Origin: Mizuhopecten yessoensis
Taxonomy: Eukaryota
Length of the DNA stretch: 64,000 nucleotides
Reading direction: 5' to 3'
Assembly (NCBI RefSeq): GCF_002113885.1
Contig: NW_018408700.1
Location: 712,691-776,690, forward strand
Part shown: one piece after another, positions 52,101 through 64,000 of the stretch
How the letters are laid out: every line of letters starts with the position of its first letter
How positions within the stretch are numbered: the stretch's first letter is position 1
The notes under the pieces: model-generated
Databases searched by the model: none
What the model was told of the DNA's origin: nothing
The model's input: only the letters and a program-made list of their open reading frames with translations
Program-made: the position numbers and the translations under genes

Positions 52101-55100
52101 ATGCACAAAACAATACTATAGGGAATACTTTTCTATTTTGTCATGTTATCAGATGAGAACTCGAGTGGAGTACTAGTAACTTTATTAAAGATGGCTGCGC
52201 CTTGTGTTTCATTTACACGTAAGGCATACTGTATAACATGAAATGTTCGTTGTGTATAAACATTCGTGGTTTTCGTGGTTGCTATTGAACCACGAAAATA
52301 TATACAAACAGTTTGGATGATATACGTGTCTGCTGTTTGTTATTAAAGGATATCACGAAACATTGCATCATAAAACGATCTAAATGGCTTCTAACCACGA
52401 AGGAAAGTACCCACGAACATTTCGTGTTATGAAGTATCGATCTATTCAATTTACACAATTTATGGAGTTATGACCTCATATTCTGAGCGAAATAAGACAG
52501 CTTTTTCTTATACTCACTGTATTTTTATACATTAATCTATAATCGAACGCAAATTTCAAAACATGTTACACGTACCGTGTAATAAGTTAAGAAAAACTAG
52601 CATTCTGAAATTTGAATGAGCCTGGACTTACACCGCCCCCATTTACTGTTTACGACGTTACATATGTGCTCCTCGTTACAAAGAAGCATAGCTCTGTCTA
52701 TGTAACACGGAAACTTGTCAAGATGTACAGTTAGGTAATGAGATGATAAAAAAATAGTTTGCGAAAACAATGGTTATTGGGTAAATGTAAGTATTTACTT
52801 AATAGTCTATGTGTATACGTATTACAATACGGTGGTAGGCATATAAAATGTTGCGTATACATAGAGAAATATACATATTTCTCTGATACCGGAACGACTT
52901 GTCATGTGTATGCCTGTAAAATATTACTGATGTTGTTGTAATAACAAATATACCGGGATCCATCAAAATATGTAAACTTTCATAAAGCAGGCTTTTGCTT
53001 AAATGTACACGATTAAATTTAATACAAGTATTATGAAGATCTTTTTAAAATGTAAGCATCTTTGATCGCTAATTGGTTTCAAAATAGAGAGCCACATCTA
53101 CAGTAACAAACAAAAGATGATAAGTTTAATCTGTGTTGTAGGCTGGTGGCTATCTATGGAACCAGGAGACACGTTCCTTGAAAGACTCAAACCACTAGAC
53201 AAACTACCAGGTCTTCTAGCCAGGGACGGCAGATTCGAAGGCAGGAATTCCAAAACGCTAGGATTTCTAGTGGTATGTAGCACCATCATATCAGTGTGAA
53301 GTAAAATCCTCACAAGAAAATTTGATATAGTTGGCAACAAAAATGCCTTTTTTAAAGAAGAAAAAAGAAACTGAATGTTTCATAGCGTAACATATTAACG
53401 GAAGCAAATAGATGAGGAATGATTGATTTGACTGTTTGTTTGCCAGTTTGTTAAAATTACTTTGACTTTTTTCATATGTGTTTGTTTTAGTACGAAGACC
53501 TAGAAGAAGATTTATTCCGATTCAGTATGGAGAAGAGATATGGGAAACAGATGGGGAAAATACCTAAAACCTCGCTCTCAAAGTATGTTGTAGCCATTAC
53601 GCCGTGCAGTCTTCATAACTTGCACACTGCATCAATTAATTAATCAGCGTTGTTGGTACTGTTCAGTCCTGGCGTAAACATCATCGGGTTTGTTGAATGG
53701 CAAGCCAGTATGGGATACATCACAGAAATAGACAATGAAGTTATATATTTACTTGCTCTGGCCACTGATCAATGGTCATTTACTGGTCTTGTAGATTTAA
53801 CAGGTCCTGACCAAACATAATTAATATATGTTTATATCTTAGCTGCTATCTTATTGTTCTTACATTGTTTCTAATAACAAAATGTGGAAATATTTAAAAG
53901 TTGGCGTTAGCGCGTTATGATGAGTTTGTCTGCAATCCTGTTAGAATTATAGGACAATTATTTTCCAAAGAAAGCAGTTTAAAACCTATATTTCCGTTTT
54001 TAAATGAAGTTTTTCTTATATTTCCAACCTGTTATCGCATTTCAAAGTAAAATTTCGCGCTCCCTGTCAATGGGACCTGTTCTTGTTGTGATGTCACGAG
54101 TGCACGCGACCGTTCCCGGCAAAAAAAAAGTTCGTGAAAATAAATACACAATCATGAATTTAATTTCAACAATTTAATCAATATATTCCACAGTGAGAAT
54201 ATTCACCGTTTATACAACATAACTACATAAATTGTTGCGAGTTACGTTGATCAATAAGGTTTTTTAATCCGGTAGCATGGATGGGTTACGACGAGGAATG
54301 CGTATTGTTATTGATGTGGTGATTTAGCCTGATGACGAACGGTGAATTTAGCGATTGAAATTGAAAGTGCAGCCGGAAAAAGTTGCGTTTATGAATAATC
54401 CGGTAGTTACATGTACCGTGTTTGTGGAATGAAGAGTTATTTGCTTTGATGTGTTTTTTGTCACTTTATGGAAGACGACAATTAATTTTCGTGACGTCAA
54501 TGATACAATTAATTTAGTGACGTCGGTCAAAACGACGTCGTTTAGTCACGACGTTACGAACATGATACTTCATATCACTACACCAATGGGAACTATCCGA
54601 GAATTATGATCTGATACCTTTCTATTTTTTTTGGTAAGGTTATGAAATGGCAATCGGAGCAAATGGAAATATTACAAACTATTCAGTTCATTCGATAGGT
54701 AAATGTGTATATATACTGCATCACGATATAATGAACCCTTACAATAAACATAGGTGGGACAGATGATTAAAATTACAGCGGACACTACTATATCTGGACA
54801 TGATGCCCGTTTACTTTTGCTTCTAGGAAAACCGTGGCAATTGGTAAATAGGACGTATCCGGAAAAGCATATTTCAGATAAATGTAAAAGTCTGCTTCTC
54901 TAATATCTACACAAATACAATATACATAGCATTGCTTAAGTACATCTTAAAACAGTGATTCATTTCTAACTGTTTAATTAGTTAAAATCTGCAACATGAT
55001 TTCTTTTATTATTAATTTCTAAATGTATAAAACAACATTGATTATATATGCATCGAAAACAATGTTTAACAGGTTATACGATTGAGGTAGTGTCCGAATT

Positions 55101-58100
55101 AGTTTAGCAATACATGTATATTCAAATGTGCTTAGAAAATATTTGACTATTGCATATTGATTATCTTGAGTTAGATACTTTATTTGCGGTGTGACGTCAA
55201 GTAACCCGACCTCATTTCATGCCGTGAGTTTTTTTAGGAAAGTAAAGCATGGGTCGATAGATCTATAGATGAAACCGACTTTTGGTATTAGATACATTGC
55301 AGTAATAAATACTTGTCTTATTTCAGACGGAAACTGAAGAAGAAGGCGTTACAAAGCGTTGCCAAGAAAGAACACCAAAAGATTATGGAAGCATTCACCG
55401 ATTTTTTCGAAGTATGTCTGAAATAGAGGTTCTCCAATGAATAACGGTTGGTTACCATGTTATCTAACACGAACGCGAGTTAGTTTATTTTCAAATTGTA
55501 TAAAGACACGAGGTTTACCGAGTGTCTTTTGCAATTTGAAAACTCACTAAAAAGAGTTATATAGATATGATAACCAACCATCACGAGTTTTGGGACCATT
55601 TTCTCCCACAACGTTCAAATGGTATATCTTGTAGTCTATCTAGAACACTATGATTCTCTGGCTGATGCATTATTCCTTTTTCCGATCAAGGAAACAATTG
55701 GCATGACCTATATGACTTCACAATAGAAGATGACGTCGCAAACAATTGTTACCTAATGGGTAACCAAAAATGTTTACCATCTACCCATTGCTTTATCAAA
55801 TGAGTCGGAATTGAGAAAACCTATGGTGGTTGTGAGAGAAATGAACCATTCTCATATGTTGGTTCTGGAAGATTAACATAGGAAAAGAACTTCTTATTAT
55901 AAGTGAATTAATTGATATTATCCTATCCCGTAATATTTTTTCCTGCATATCCAAAGATGGGTTCTGAATATAATGTTTGTCTCAAAGCCGCTCACATAAC
56001 GAAGTTAACACTATATTTTTTTAAATTTTTAAATCATATCTTCACTCCTTGCGATCGTTTTGCCGATCAGGCACCATGTAAAACTTTGAGGCTGGAAAGG
56101 ATGATTCTTTTCAATATTTCATTTTAGATACTGCGTCATCATGATCTCAACAGAAACGGTTGTATCAGCAAATCAGAACTCGAGGCAGCGTTCACAGACG
56201 TACGTATTTCTCCGTACGCAATCTGCATGAGGAGTGTATAACATCTTATTAAGCATTGAACTGTTTTCAGTTGGCATTCGCAGGCAATAGGAATGCCAAC
56301 TGGACAACAGCAAATTCAATGAAGCGCACTAACTGAAAACATTCCAATACTATATTTGTTATCCGTCGAATTCATAGAAATTTCAATTATTTTTATCATT
56401 ATTCAGCATATAGTTAAAAAAATAAAGTTATCGTATATACTTGTTAAATAAATAGAATAGCCATCTGTCAATTGAGGGTCAGTGGTATGCAACGTTACAA
56501 TTACGACGTCATAATAATAATGACGTCAACAAACGGCTAATGACATTCATAGCCGAGATGGTAAATGTGTTTGACGTTCTTAACACTACTGATATCAACG
56601 CCGATAGGCTCTGCGTCTAAGAAAAAATCACACAAATAACATAATATCTTTTTGCCTTGGCATTAAGGTTTAAGTCCGGTAATATTGTTATAGTCCGACA
56701 AATTGACATGTTCTCCGATTACCTAGTTTATTGCAGACGAAGCAGTATTTATAGAAATAGCATAGCTAGGTCTGCCGTTCAATGTGAAATAGTCGTAATG
56801 TCCTTTGGCACTTAAATAAACAGACAGACACACTGAATAAAAAGCAATTATTCCAGGTAAAAATCAACGCGACAGGTCATTTTCGTCTGACTATACTAAA
56901 AATGTGTAGTGATTAAGAATAAAAAACATGACCATAACGTATACAAGTAAGAACTTCTATGCTGCCAATCTGATCATCTACCCTTACATATCCACAGATA
57001 TCGGACGGAATCAAGGAAACCTTGTTCGGCCCGGATATAACCGCGGATAAGGCGTTCGAACTGTTGGACAGCAGTAAAGACGGAGAGGTGAGAAACGTCA
57101 TATACGGTCCCGCGAACAATTAACCTTCCTGACAGTTCATTTTTGATATTTAATTGTTTGTGGGATTCGTGATTTACGTTTTGACAAATATTAATACTCC
57201 TTTTAAAATCGCAGGGGTTATTGTCCATTGCCAATCGGCATTGCTCTGTGATTATTCGCTGAATTATTTTATACAAAGTAATGAGCTTTCATTGGCATGT
57301 TGTTGAATCGTCCTCAACTGCGTTTCATAAAACTATCTTAAATTTCAAATAACATTAAGATTTGTCTTTGCAGATTCAGTTCCAGGAGCTAATGGATTTC
57401 GCACAGAGTAATGGCGTCTACCTTTTAGAGCGTTACCTTGGTTATAGTAGACAGGAAATCACCGACTTCCAATCATTCACGCATGCGCTGCAGAACGCAT
57501 TGCTAGTCAACGGCAGCAGAAGATACGTCGAGGTATGGAGCACATTACGACAAGTTATAAGATACCTGTACATTCATCACCTATATGACAAAATCATAAT
57601 ATCTTCATCGAAACTGTGTACATTTCTTGTAACTCTGCATTGCATTACATTACGGGTACGATTGATAGAATACCTTAATCACTAACTTTACGACTATTTT
57701 AACATCCTTACTGGTAATGTGAGGTCCCATGGAAGATAAATTACAGCTCACATCTTTTCCTTTTTTTCTCGTGAGCGTTAAAGTACCAGGCTATCTGAGT
57801 TTGACGGATTTTTTGAAATTTTTAGCGTAATGTTTTTTTGTTTTACTTTTTTATTTATAGGAAAAGGATATCGACCGGTCAGTTGGAATCAACACGGGTC
57901 ACGTAGGGGTGATGGACTTTGGTATGGAGGTAGCGGACAAAGACTTCACAGTGGAGGTATGATGGACGCGTCGTTTTATGGCTTACTTGTTGTACTAAGT
58001 AACGGTACACGTCTTCAATAAGTGTTGATAGTCTTAACACAAAAAGACAAATAGAATCTCTAAATGGTTCAAACTTCATATCAGTATCAAAGTAACCTTT

Positions 58101-58759
58101 TGAATAGAACCGGCTTAGATATTCTTTCATGTATACTATGTATCACGGAAGTCATATCAAAAGGACTACATTAAGTATGTGTATATATCTGTAAAGGAGG
58201 AACATTGCGAGTTTGGTTTGCCAACAATATATCACTGTATTACCAAACTCCGATAACAATACCAGAAACGAAGGAAACAAAAAATGTCTGCGTGTCGATA
58301 TGTGATTCTGTTGTTTCATCATGTAGATTTAGAAAGTGGTCAACACAAATAAAAGTTACAATCCTCATTTTCTTATTTATCATTTTTCAGCAAGGACAAA
58401 GGAGTATGGTGGTGTTCCTCAAACATTTTGTCAAAACGCATGATCTTCCAAAACGCGATAAAACCGAGACGAAGCAGAAGGAAAATACGACGGGAAAAGG
58501 TGAGGATAAACACGAAGCAGGAAATGAAGACTCTGAATCTAATGCTCACAAGCCAACAACAGGAGCTAGCAATGATGACAAAACGCCCGAGGTTAACAAC
58601 CCAAGTGTGAAAACAGAAACACCAGAGGTACGTTCAACAGAAGAATCGACAGAAGTTGTAACTAAAGAAACTGAACCCGAATCAATCCAGATAGTGATAC
58701 AGAATGACAAGGAAAATGTTTCCGAGGAGGCGTCCACCAAGGGAGAATCAGAGACATAG
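42990..58759 (+). CDS. Gene B (complete, 14 coding exons, 629 aa): N-myristoylation-motif patatin-like phospholipase (ExoU/VipD-like) with two EF-hands
   Basis: Exons 42990-43143, 44439-44563, 45109-45256, 45616-45752, 50793-50928, 51746-51841, 53142-53272, 53491-53582, 55327-55411, 56128-56199, 56998-57087, 57374-57532, 57861-57956 and 58391-58759 total 1890 nt, in frame, all GT-AG. Motifs: NLVFEGGGAEG (Gly-rich loop), AGTSAG (nucleophile Ser), RMSMSIP, FVDGGIMCNFP (catalytic Asp), EF loops DLNRNGCISKSE and DSSKDGEIQFQE. Confidence 0.92.
44439..44563 (+). CDS. Gene B exon, Gly-rich loop (FENLVFEGGGAEG)
   Basis: tgcag|...|gttctt. Confidence 0.88.
45109..45256 (+). CDS. Gene B exon, GTSAG nucleophile elbow
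   Basis: aag|VIEDLGFMQNIKRFAGTSAGAITAALVAVGY...|gtaggt. Confidence 0.9.
45616..45752 (+). CDS. Gene B exon (HKWGILSLL...DVTFAQ)
   Basis: ttcag|...|gtaaga. Confidence 0.9.
50793..50928 (+). CDS. Gene B exon (LYKKRGVEL...RMSMSIP)
   Basis: ttcag|...|gtatat. Confidence 0.9.
51746..51841 (+). CDS. Gene B exon with catalytic DGG motif
   Basis: ttcag|LFQAVKYDKAGDEDVFVDGGIMCNFPIHCYD|gtaaat. Confidence 0.9.
52227..52436. mobile_element. Tc1/mariner-type MITE
   Basis: tactgtataacatgaaatgttcgt / acgaacatttcgtgttatgaagta inverted ends; internal ttcgtgg/ccacgaa motifs. Confidence 0.65.
53142..53272 (+). CDS. Gene B exon (WWLSMEPGD...KTLGFLV)
   Basis: tgtag|...|gtatgt. Confidence 0.9.
53491..53582 (+). 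CDS. Gene B exon (YEDLEEDLF...PKTSLS)
   Basis: tttag|...|gtatgt. Confidence 0.85.
55327..55411 (+). CDS. Gene B exon (RKLKKK...FTDFFE)
   Basis: ttcag|...|gtatgt. Confidence 0.85.
55446..55579. repeat. Imperfect ~135-bp inverted repeat (MITE-associated hairpin)
   Basis: ggttggttaccat...ttttcaaattgtataaagacac / gtgtcttttgcaatttgaaaa...atgataaccaacc. Confidence 0.7.
56128..56199 (+). CDS. Gene B exon, EF-hand 1
   Basis: ILRHHDLNRNGCISKSELEAAFTD; tttag|...|gtacgt. Confidence 0.88.
56998..57087 (+). CDS. Gene B exon, start of EF-hand 2
   Basis: cacag|ISDG...AFELLDSSKDGE|gtgaga. Confidence 0.85.
57374..57532 (+). CDS. Gene B exon (IQFQEL...RRYVE)
   Basis: tgcag|...|gtatgg. Confidence 0.88.
57861..57956 (+). 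CDS. Gene B exon (EKDIDRSVGINTG...FTVE)
   Basis: tatag|...|gtatga. Confidence 0.88.
58391..58759 (+). CDS. Gene B last coding exon (QGQRSM...GESET*)
   Basis: ttcag|CAAGGA...TAG; acidic low-complexity tail. Confidence 0.88.
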   Translation, partial: QGQRSMVVFLKHFVKTHDLPKRDKTETKQKENTTGKGEDKHEAGNEDSESNAHKPTTGASNDDKTPEVNNPSVKTETPEVRSTEESTEVVTKETEPESIQIVIQNDKENVSEEASTKGESET

Positions 58760-59600
58760 CCAGTTATCTTGACGCCAGAAACACAGTCATACCACTGGTC
58801 CAGTGTTCGGGTTTCTCGCTCCATTACATGTATGACCAATTTCCTTCAAACTGCAATATGTTAATTTTATATTTGCACACTTTTAAAGCTCCATGTTTGC
58901 AAATGTTTTGTAAAACTTACTTCAATATGACTACAAATAGCAATAGGCACTTAAATGACCTTACAACGGACACGTTAACCCATGGGATTACATTAGATGC
59001 TATCTAAGTCCTTGGTTAACCGGAACATGTATCGACAAAAAACCCACTCAGGCGGTTAGTGAATTATGATACCTCTGTCATAGCGTACTTTTAGTACTCT
59101 ATGACTTTTTTTATAAGACACATTTAAAAGAGATTTCCTAGAACAAGAATGAACATCATTAGAAACTTAATATTGCAAACAATAATTATTCTTTAAAAGT
59201 AACTATTTAATAAATATTTATCAAACTTAACAGTGTACTCTTCTTTTAGAGAGGAACATAGTATCCAGTATACCCAGCTAATGAGCTAGTTCTTATAGTC
59301 CTGTATCAATTATTTTATATAATTTTACTTGTACATAGTTTTCATTTCAGAAACATTCAAAATGTGGATAAGATTATCATTCATACAATACACCATAAAA
59401 TATATCATACAAAAACATGAATATGACACACCGATTTGAAATATTTGTTTCGTATTTTCTTTTACTTGTTATGAATGTTTACACTTGCCGATTTCATCGC
59501 ACAGCGTTATAACTGGATCCTTAACATAACAAATGTGCTTGCAATAATAATCATGAGAGAGCGTGAATGTTGTGTGCGTTTAGAACCTAAATAATACTAC

Positions 59601-59606
59601 AATAAA
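59601..59606 (+). promoter_or_regulatory. Candidate poly(A) signal of gene B
   Basis: AATAAA ~840 nt after the stop; an alternative AATAAA lies at 59209. Confidence 0.3.
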
Positions 59607-60979
59607 AGAATTGTTCAATGTTCATTCAATTTTTTAAATGTTTATTTTTTATGACAATGTAAGTATTTCTTCATACTTCGTTTTGTTAAATATCACCTAG
59701 AGAGCGGAGGGTGTGATAGCTGTTGGCTGACGTGGATTTTAAGGTGCTTGCTTACATGTACTTCTGCTTACTTGTGATACGTTGTTGATAGCTGTACTAT
59801 TTTAAATTGCTTATAAAATCAAAAAAATACCATATCAGTGTTCCTTGTTACGTGTATAAAACATTGTACTGGTTATCTTAGTACAACACAAAACATGTGA
59901 CTTCGATATCATAGTTTTAGTTTCCTATCTTTACCGCCTTCTTTCATTCTTTTCTAACTACTTTCTGTTTCAGGCGGTGTCTCATATGACCCTAACTGTT
60001 ACGATTAAACTCCGAACACAAACTACGATATCAGAAGTTCCGGAAATAGCAAACCATTACAAGGTTTATTTCATATACGTAACTTACTCACGTTGTATTT
60101 GAAGAATATACAATCGGTATTTGATATACACTACTGAGACCATTTTAGGTAAACGCTTTCATTGTAGTATCGGTAAAAGTATTCCCATGTCCGTTATATT
60201 CCAACATCTTCCCGATAAAGTAGTCCATACACGTCCCGTCACAACAAGACAGTGTCATTTCATGGGGGAATACAAGCACAGTTTACTTCTCTACACACCT
60301 GTTTGACAATTTGCCAAGCACCAACTTTAAGCATTCCTTGACAACAATAATAACATAAATAAATAGATAATTTGAAGACTTTGTGTTTCTGTCCTTTTAG
60401 CTTTGGATTTTTCTCAGTAATTGTTATATTTTAAAGGCATCATATAAAAATGTGTCTCTTCCCAAGTTGTTTCCATTTTAATATTCGAAAATACACTTTT
60501 TTCTTTTAAATGCGATTCGTTAATACTTAAAATATTCAAAACATAAAATATTAGATCGAATATCAACTTTTTCATTATCCATAAAACTTATTTACAGAGA
60601 TATGTTGTTCCTAATATCAGCTTACAGTATTATCGTATCATGTATATTAGTATTACAATCGCATTACAGTAGTTAGAAACTCTAGAGAAAATTGTATTCC
60701 GATAACTACATGTTATTATTTATTCTCTCCTATAGAATAACATATGTTAACACTTACAACACGTGCATCATTTCTTGATAAATCAAAATAAACATTCTCT
60801 TTTACGTTTCGTTATAACACGAAAGACAGTAATGTAAAGAGCGTTTTAACATTCCCGTTACTTGGTTTGTATTGCTGCGTGAAGTAGCAGTCCTTACGTT
60901 TCCCATCAGTAATTAGGCCCACCCTACGGAATCGCCAAGGGAACATCATGAATACCCGCAGCATTAGTGATAATAGCAG

Positions 60980-62040
60980 TGATCACATCACAAACCATTT
61001 ATAATAACAAGATAAATCACATCAGAGTCATATCGGACATGTGGTGTAATCACATCAGGAACCTCTCAGATCTGTGGCCACAAGTGTAATCACATCAGCA
61101 ACATCTCCGACCTGTAGTAATGAATAACATCCGGAATATCTCATATTTGTACTATAAGAACAGAAATCACTTCAAAAACATCTCGGAGATGTAGAATAAC
61201 AACTGTGATAATATCAGGAACATCTCGGGCTTGTTACATGTAGTATAACAACCGTGATAATTTTAGGAACATCTCGGGCTTGTTAGTATAACAACCGTGA
61301 TAATATCAGAAACATCTCGGGCTTGTTAGTATAACAACCGTGATAATATCAGGAACATCTCGGGCTTGTCAGTATAACAACCGTGATCATATCAGGAACA
61401 TCTCGGGTTTGTAGTATAACAACCGTTATAATATCAGGAACATTTCGGGATTGTAGTATAACAACCGTGATAATATCAGGAACATCTCGGGATTGTAGTA
61501 TAAAAACCGTGATAATATCAGGAACATCTCGAGCTTGTTAGTATAACAACCGTGATCATATCAGGAACATCTCGGGTTTGTAGTATAACAACCGTTATAA
61601 TATCAGGAACATCTCGGGATTGTAGTATAAAAACCGTGAGAATATCATGAACATCTCGAGCTTGTTAGTATAACAACCGTGATAATATCAGGAACATCTC
61701 GAGCTTGTTAGTATAACAACCGTGATAATATCAGGAACATCTCGAGCTTGTTAGTGTAAAAACAGTGATAATATCAGGAACATCTCGAGCTTGTTAGTAT
61801 AACAACCGTTATAATATCAGGAACATCTCGAGCTTGTTAGTATAACAACCGTGATAATATCAGGAACATCTCAAGCTTGTAGTATAACAACCGTGATAAT
61901 ATCAGGAACATCTCAAGCTTGTTAGTATAACAACCGTGATGTTATCAGGAACATCTCGAGCTTGTTAGTTTAACAACCGTGATAATATCAGGATTATCTC
62001 GGAGATGTAACATATCAACAGTAACCACGTCAGAACTATC
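60980..62040. repeat. 42-43-bp tandem repeat, ~19 good copies
   Basis: gtataacaaccgtgataatatcaggaacatctcgagcttgtta. Confidence 0.92.
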
Positions 62041-62449
62041 TCAGAGATATAGACTGCCAACATTGTCGCATAATTCACAAGTTTACACGTGTTTCCAGGC
62101 CACTGGTACCTACATAAAACTTAGTATTCTTGGTTTACAAAACGAACACTAAAATGGCACACGGTGATGATTTGGCTGCTGTATGCCAGAACTAACTAGA
62201 CAAAAGTGTTGTGTAATGGAGATTCACCACTCCGATTGCTGTACCAGTGTGTGATATATCTCAGGCTTCTATATACTTGCTACGATAAATATATTCCTTA
62301 ACATCGACAAATATTTTTGTAAAGTGTCGTAGGCGATCGAAATTACAAAGCACAGAAAAACATACAACGTTTTAAACAAAATTAATCTAGCATACAAAGC
62401 ACAGAAAACCATACTACGGTGAAAACAAAGTTAATCTAACAAGTAAATG

Positions 62450-64000
62450 GGGTTGAGAGCATGAGTCGGGCGTTTGTTACATAATACCGACATGTTTTCC
62501 GTGTTAATAGCGGTACAGAGCGATGGTGTAACCTTTACCGGAAATCGCCCTGTGGCACTTGCTTTATGTCTGATGATAATGGATGGTGTTTCATGTCAAT
62601 ACGGAAAACCTCTCGTTAGCACGGAGAGTACGGTTGGATTCATTTTTGTGAATCCTTACACTTGGTATTGCAGCTAATGCAATTTATCTCATGAACCCTG
62701 GTCCCGGAAATAAGTCTGTTTTCCCATGCGGCCTTTGTGAGATCCCTGTCACCTGGTAACAGATCGGAGTCTGTTGTACCAATTGTAGTATGTAGTATCA
62801 TAAGACTTGTGGTGATATTAGCTCATCAAACTTGTCATACCCGGAGAGCTCGAGCGTTGTCAGGCACTGCTATAAGTGTAACTCTGTTAATATCGATAGC
62901 ATAGCATTCAACAGTTTTGAAATATCAAACATTTACCAACCATTGTCAAAATTGGATAATTCAGTCGACTCGATCACAACTACCCTGAGTTTCAGCCTAC
63001 CACACACCAGTAGTCCGAAAGTGAGACCTAGACCCTCATCTTCCCGTAGTATTGGCTCAAGAAGGCAGTCGTCTACAGCAGACAACACCTCCACTAATAA
63101 CCCATACCTCACTAGAAATGGGAACCCACGCGAACTCACAATAAACTGCTGTAGTATAAGGACAAACCAGTCAGAATTCAAAGCAGCGTTAAAATACATT
63201 AAACCGGATATCATCTGCGAGTCTTGGCTTAAAGGTATCAAACCAGGAAATATGCCAGCACCCAATTCAATCCTAAACAGTGATGTAACCTTCAGATCAT
63301 CGGGCCTGGGTGGGGAGTATTCACTGGATTCGGAAAGGACTAATCACAGATGAGCAACCCCAGCTAGTTACCGATTGTGAAGTTGTCTGGTCAAAAATTA
63401 AACTCAGAAATAAGAAGGACCTTTATACCTTCTATATGCCCCACAGGAATATGAGTGATATAAAGTCCCTCACAGAATCCATGAAGAAACTATCTGAGGG
63501 CGCATTTAACCGACATGTGATATTAGCAGGGGACTTTAATTGTCCAGATATAAACTGGGATAACCTAACAGTAGGAAGTGGTGCCCCACAGCGAGAGGCT
63601 CAACAAGCCCTAGTGGACTTCTCAGTGGAAAATGGACTTACACAAGTACACCATGAATGCACCAGGCAAGACACCATCCTGCACCTGGTTTTTACAAACA
63701 ATACATCCCTGGCCAAATCCTCGATAAGTGTTCCAGGTATCAGTGACCACGCAATGGTGGTAAGCGACTTCGACATTCTACCACACATAATCGTACGAAA
63801 GCCCCGGAAATGCTACCGCTATGCAAAAGCGAACTGGGAAGGGCTAAAGTCTGACTGTGCCAATATATCTCGCAGACTATCCCCCGAAGAAGAGTCTGAT
63901 GGTGATATCGACAAGATGTGGGACATCTTCAAAGAGGACATACGCGCCTCCATGGACAGACACATACCATCCACAGTCATGAAGGGCCGTTTATCGCTCC
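62450..64000 (+). mobile_element. Decayed CR1-like non-LTR retrotransposon (2A-like NPGP, PHD finger, AP endonuclease), runs off the window
   Basis: NPGP at 62694-62705, followed by FPCGLC..W..GVCC..C...YHKTC...CYKC (PHD, with stops). APE motifs INCCSI, PDIICESWL, GGGVF, LAGDFNCPDINW, TRQDTILHLVFTN, GISDHAMV, YAKANW. Stops and frameshifts are present. Confidence 0.85.

Noticed and set aside
1270-58759. Recent bacterial contamination or recent HGT explaining the bacterial-like patatin
   Set aside because: Both genes have 10-13 spliceosomal introns at conserved positions. Any transfer would be ancient and cannot be judged without a phylogeny.
60980-62040. CRISPR-like regular repeats (also 6893-7300 and 17020-17626)
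   Set aside because: The units are contiguous with no unique spacers, there are no cas genes, and the context is eukaryotic.

Overview
AT-rich, intron- and repeat-rich eukaryotic DNA, most likely an invertebrate. Mollusc/bivalve is inferred from the SINE/MITE and minisatellite style and is not proven. The main content is two tandem, + strand, multi-exon paralogous genes encoding patatin-like phospholipases of the bacterial ExoU/VipD-like type, each with a pair of EF-hands inserted into the C-terminal half of the patatin fold. Gene A is 5'-truncated by the window edge (11 exons, 1270-21224). Gene B is complete (14 coding exons, 42990-58759, 629 aa) and begins with an MGxxxS myristoylation motif. 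All shared introns match in position and phase. An intron of gene A holds an intact 4.07-kb PHIS-type (Harbinger/ISL2EU/Spy-related) DNA transposon with a 678-aa HTH-DDE-SWIM transposase, inserted between AAA and TTT with no TSD. The rest is MITEs, tRNA-derived SINEs, many minisatellites and a decayed CR1-like LINE at the right edge. The minisatellites include a ~10-kb G-rich 27-bp array with a 3464-bp duplication just upstream of gene B. Most short ORFs in the supplied track are artefacts of repeats or introns.
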